From Chloroflexota bacterium (lineage in GTDB: Bacteria > Chloroflexota > Dehalococcoidia > UBA2979), in NCBI GenBank assembly GCA_947499615.1, contig CANMOP010000005.1, forward strand, positions 24,206-88,205: a stretch of 64,000 nt of DNA, written 5' to 3'. The notes beneath the pieces are model-generated. The model saw only the letters and a list, made by a program, of their open reading frames with translations. It made no database searches and was not told the DNA's origin. The translations under genes and the position numbers were made by a program. Shown piece by piece: positions 63,482 to 64,000 of the stretch (its first letter is position 1; the number at the start of each line of letters is the position of its first letter).

Positions 63482-64000
63482 CGACCGAAGACGCAACCGC
63501 CGCACCGTCGTTGGACGGCACGATCTGGGCCGAGGTGGATCGTGCGTTGTCGGGCATTACCGCCAGCGGCGAGCCGTCCGTGCAGGACGTGATCGTGCAT
63601 ATCCCGCGCGATGAGATTGTGCGTGGGCTGCGCGCGCTGAAGACCGATGCCGCGCTCACATTCGACTACCTGCGCTGCCTGACCTGTGTCGACAACGAGG
63701 ACGAGGGGATGGACGTGGTGTACATGCTGTACTCCACGGAGCACCGCCATAACCTCACCGTGAAGACGCACCTGGACGCGACTGACCTGCACCTCGACAC
63801 CGCGACGACTGTGTGGCGCGCGGCGAACTGGTATGAGCGCGAGGTGATGGAGATGTTCGGCGTGCGATTCCGGAATCATCCGGACCCGCGCACGCTGCTC
63901 ATGCCTGAGGACATCACGGACACCTTCCCGCTGCGCAAGGATCACCCGCTGGCGGAGATCGAAGTGATGCAGGGTGAGGGCATGGCGTTCCCATCGGGGG
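63478..64000 (+). CDS. nuoC: NADH-quinone oxidoreductase subunit C (5' partial, runs off window)
   Basis: Manual translation from ATG 63478 gives '...[30 protein letters not shown]...PLRKDHPL', a NuoC/30-kDa signature. No stop within the window. Confidence 0.8.
   Translation, partial: MTTEDATAAPSLDGTIWAEVDRALSGITASGEPSVQDVIVHIPRDEIVRGLRALKTDAALTFDYLRCLTCVDNEDEGMDVVYMLYSTEHRHNLTVKTHLDATDLHLDTATTVWRAANWYEREVMEMFGVRFRNHPDPRTLLMPEDITDTFPLRKDHPLAEIEVMQGEGMAFPSG

Overview
This is a high-GC (~70%) bacterial chromosomal window, mostly housekeeping. Gram-positive-style regulatory features (a CIRCE element before groES-groEL, a T-box leader before ileS, an HspR heat-shock regulator, frequent GTG/TTG starts) fit Chloroflexota/Thermomicrobia or another high-GC monoderm-like lineage; lineage cannot be fixed from sequence alone. 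Recognisable content: rpsT; murJ; ileS with a T-box; tsaD; groES/groEL; lysA-holB-ricT; an oriC-type minus-strand cluster rpmH-rnpA-yidD-[PQQ propeller lipoprotein]-yidC-jag-parA-parB; a tRNA-Thr(CGU); a VKOR-DsbA-DUF3105 envelope redox cluster; dnaJ-hspR-clpB; secA; prs; bioY; valS; and the start of nuoABC. The most unusual features are: (1) a family of GC-rich palindromic repeats of roughly 45-60 bp with at least eight copies, including a ~200-bp composite inverted repeat between hspR and clpB and one copy inside the ileS 5'UTR; (2) a single DUF3800 gene in a clearly lower-GC island between rpsT and murJ; (3) an XRE-DUF2851-GNAT cassette; (4) a large PP2C-like/TM/beta-propeller membrane protein; (5) a Fic gene with an AT-rich upstream patch divergent from valS, which has its own terminator-like leader; (6) two adjacent envelope proteins (DsbA-like and DUF3105) sharing a duplicated N-terminal anchor module. 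No CRISPR array, integrase, transposase or known multi-gene defence system was recognised. Many long ORFs in the six-frame track are antisense artefacts of high GC.
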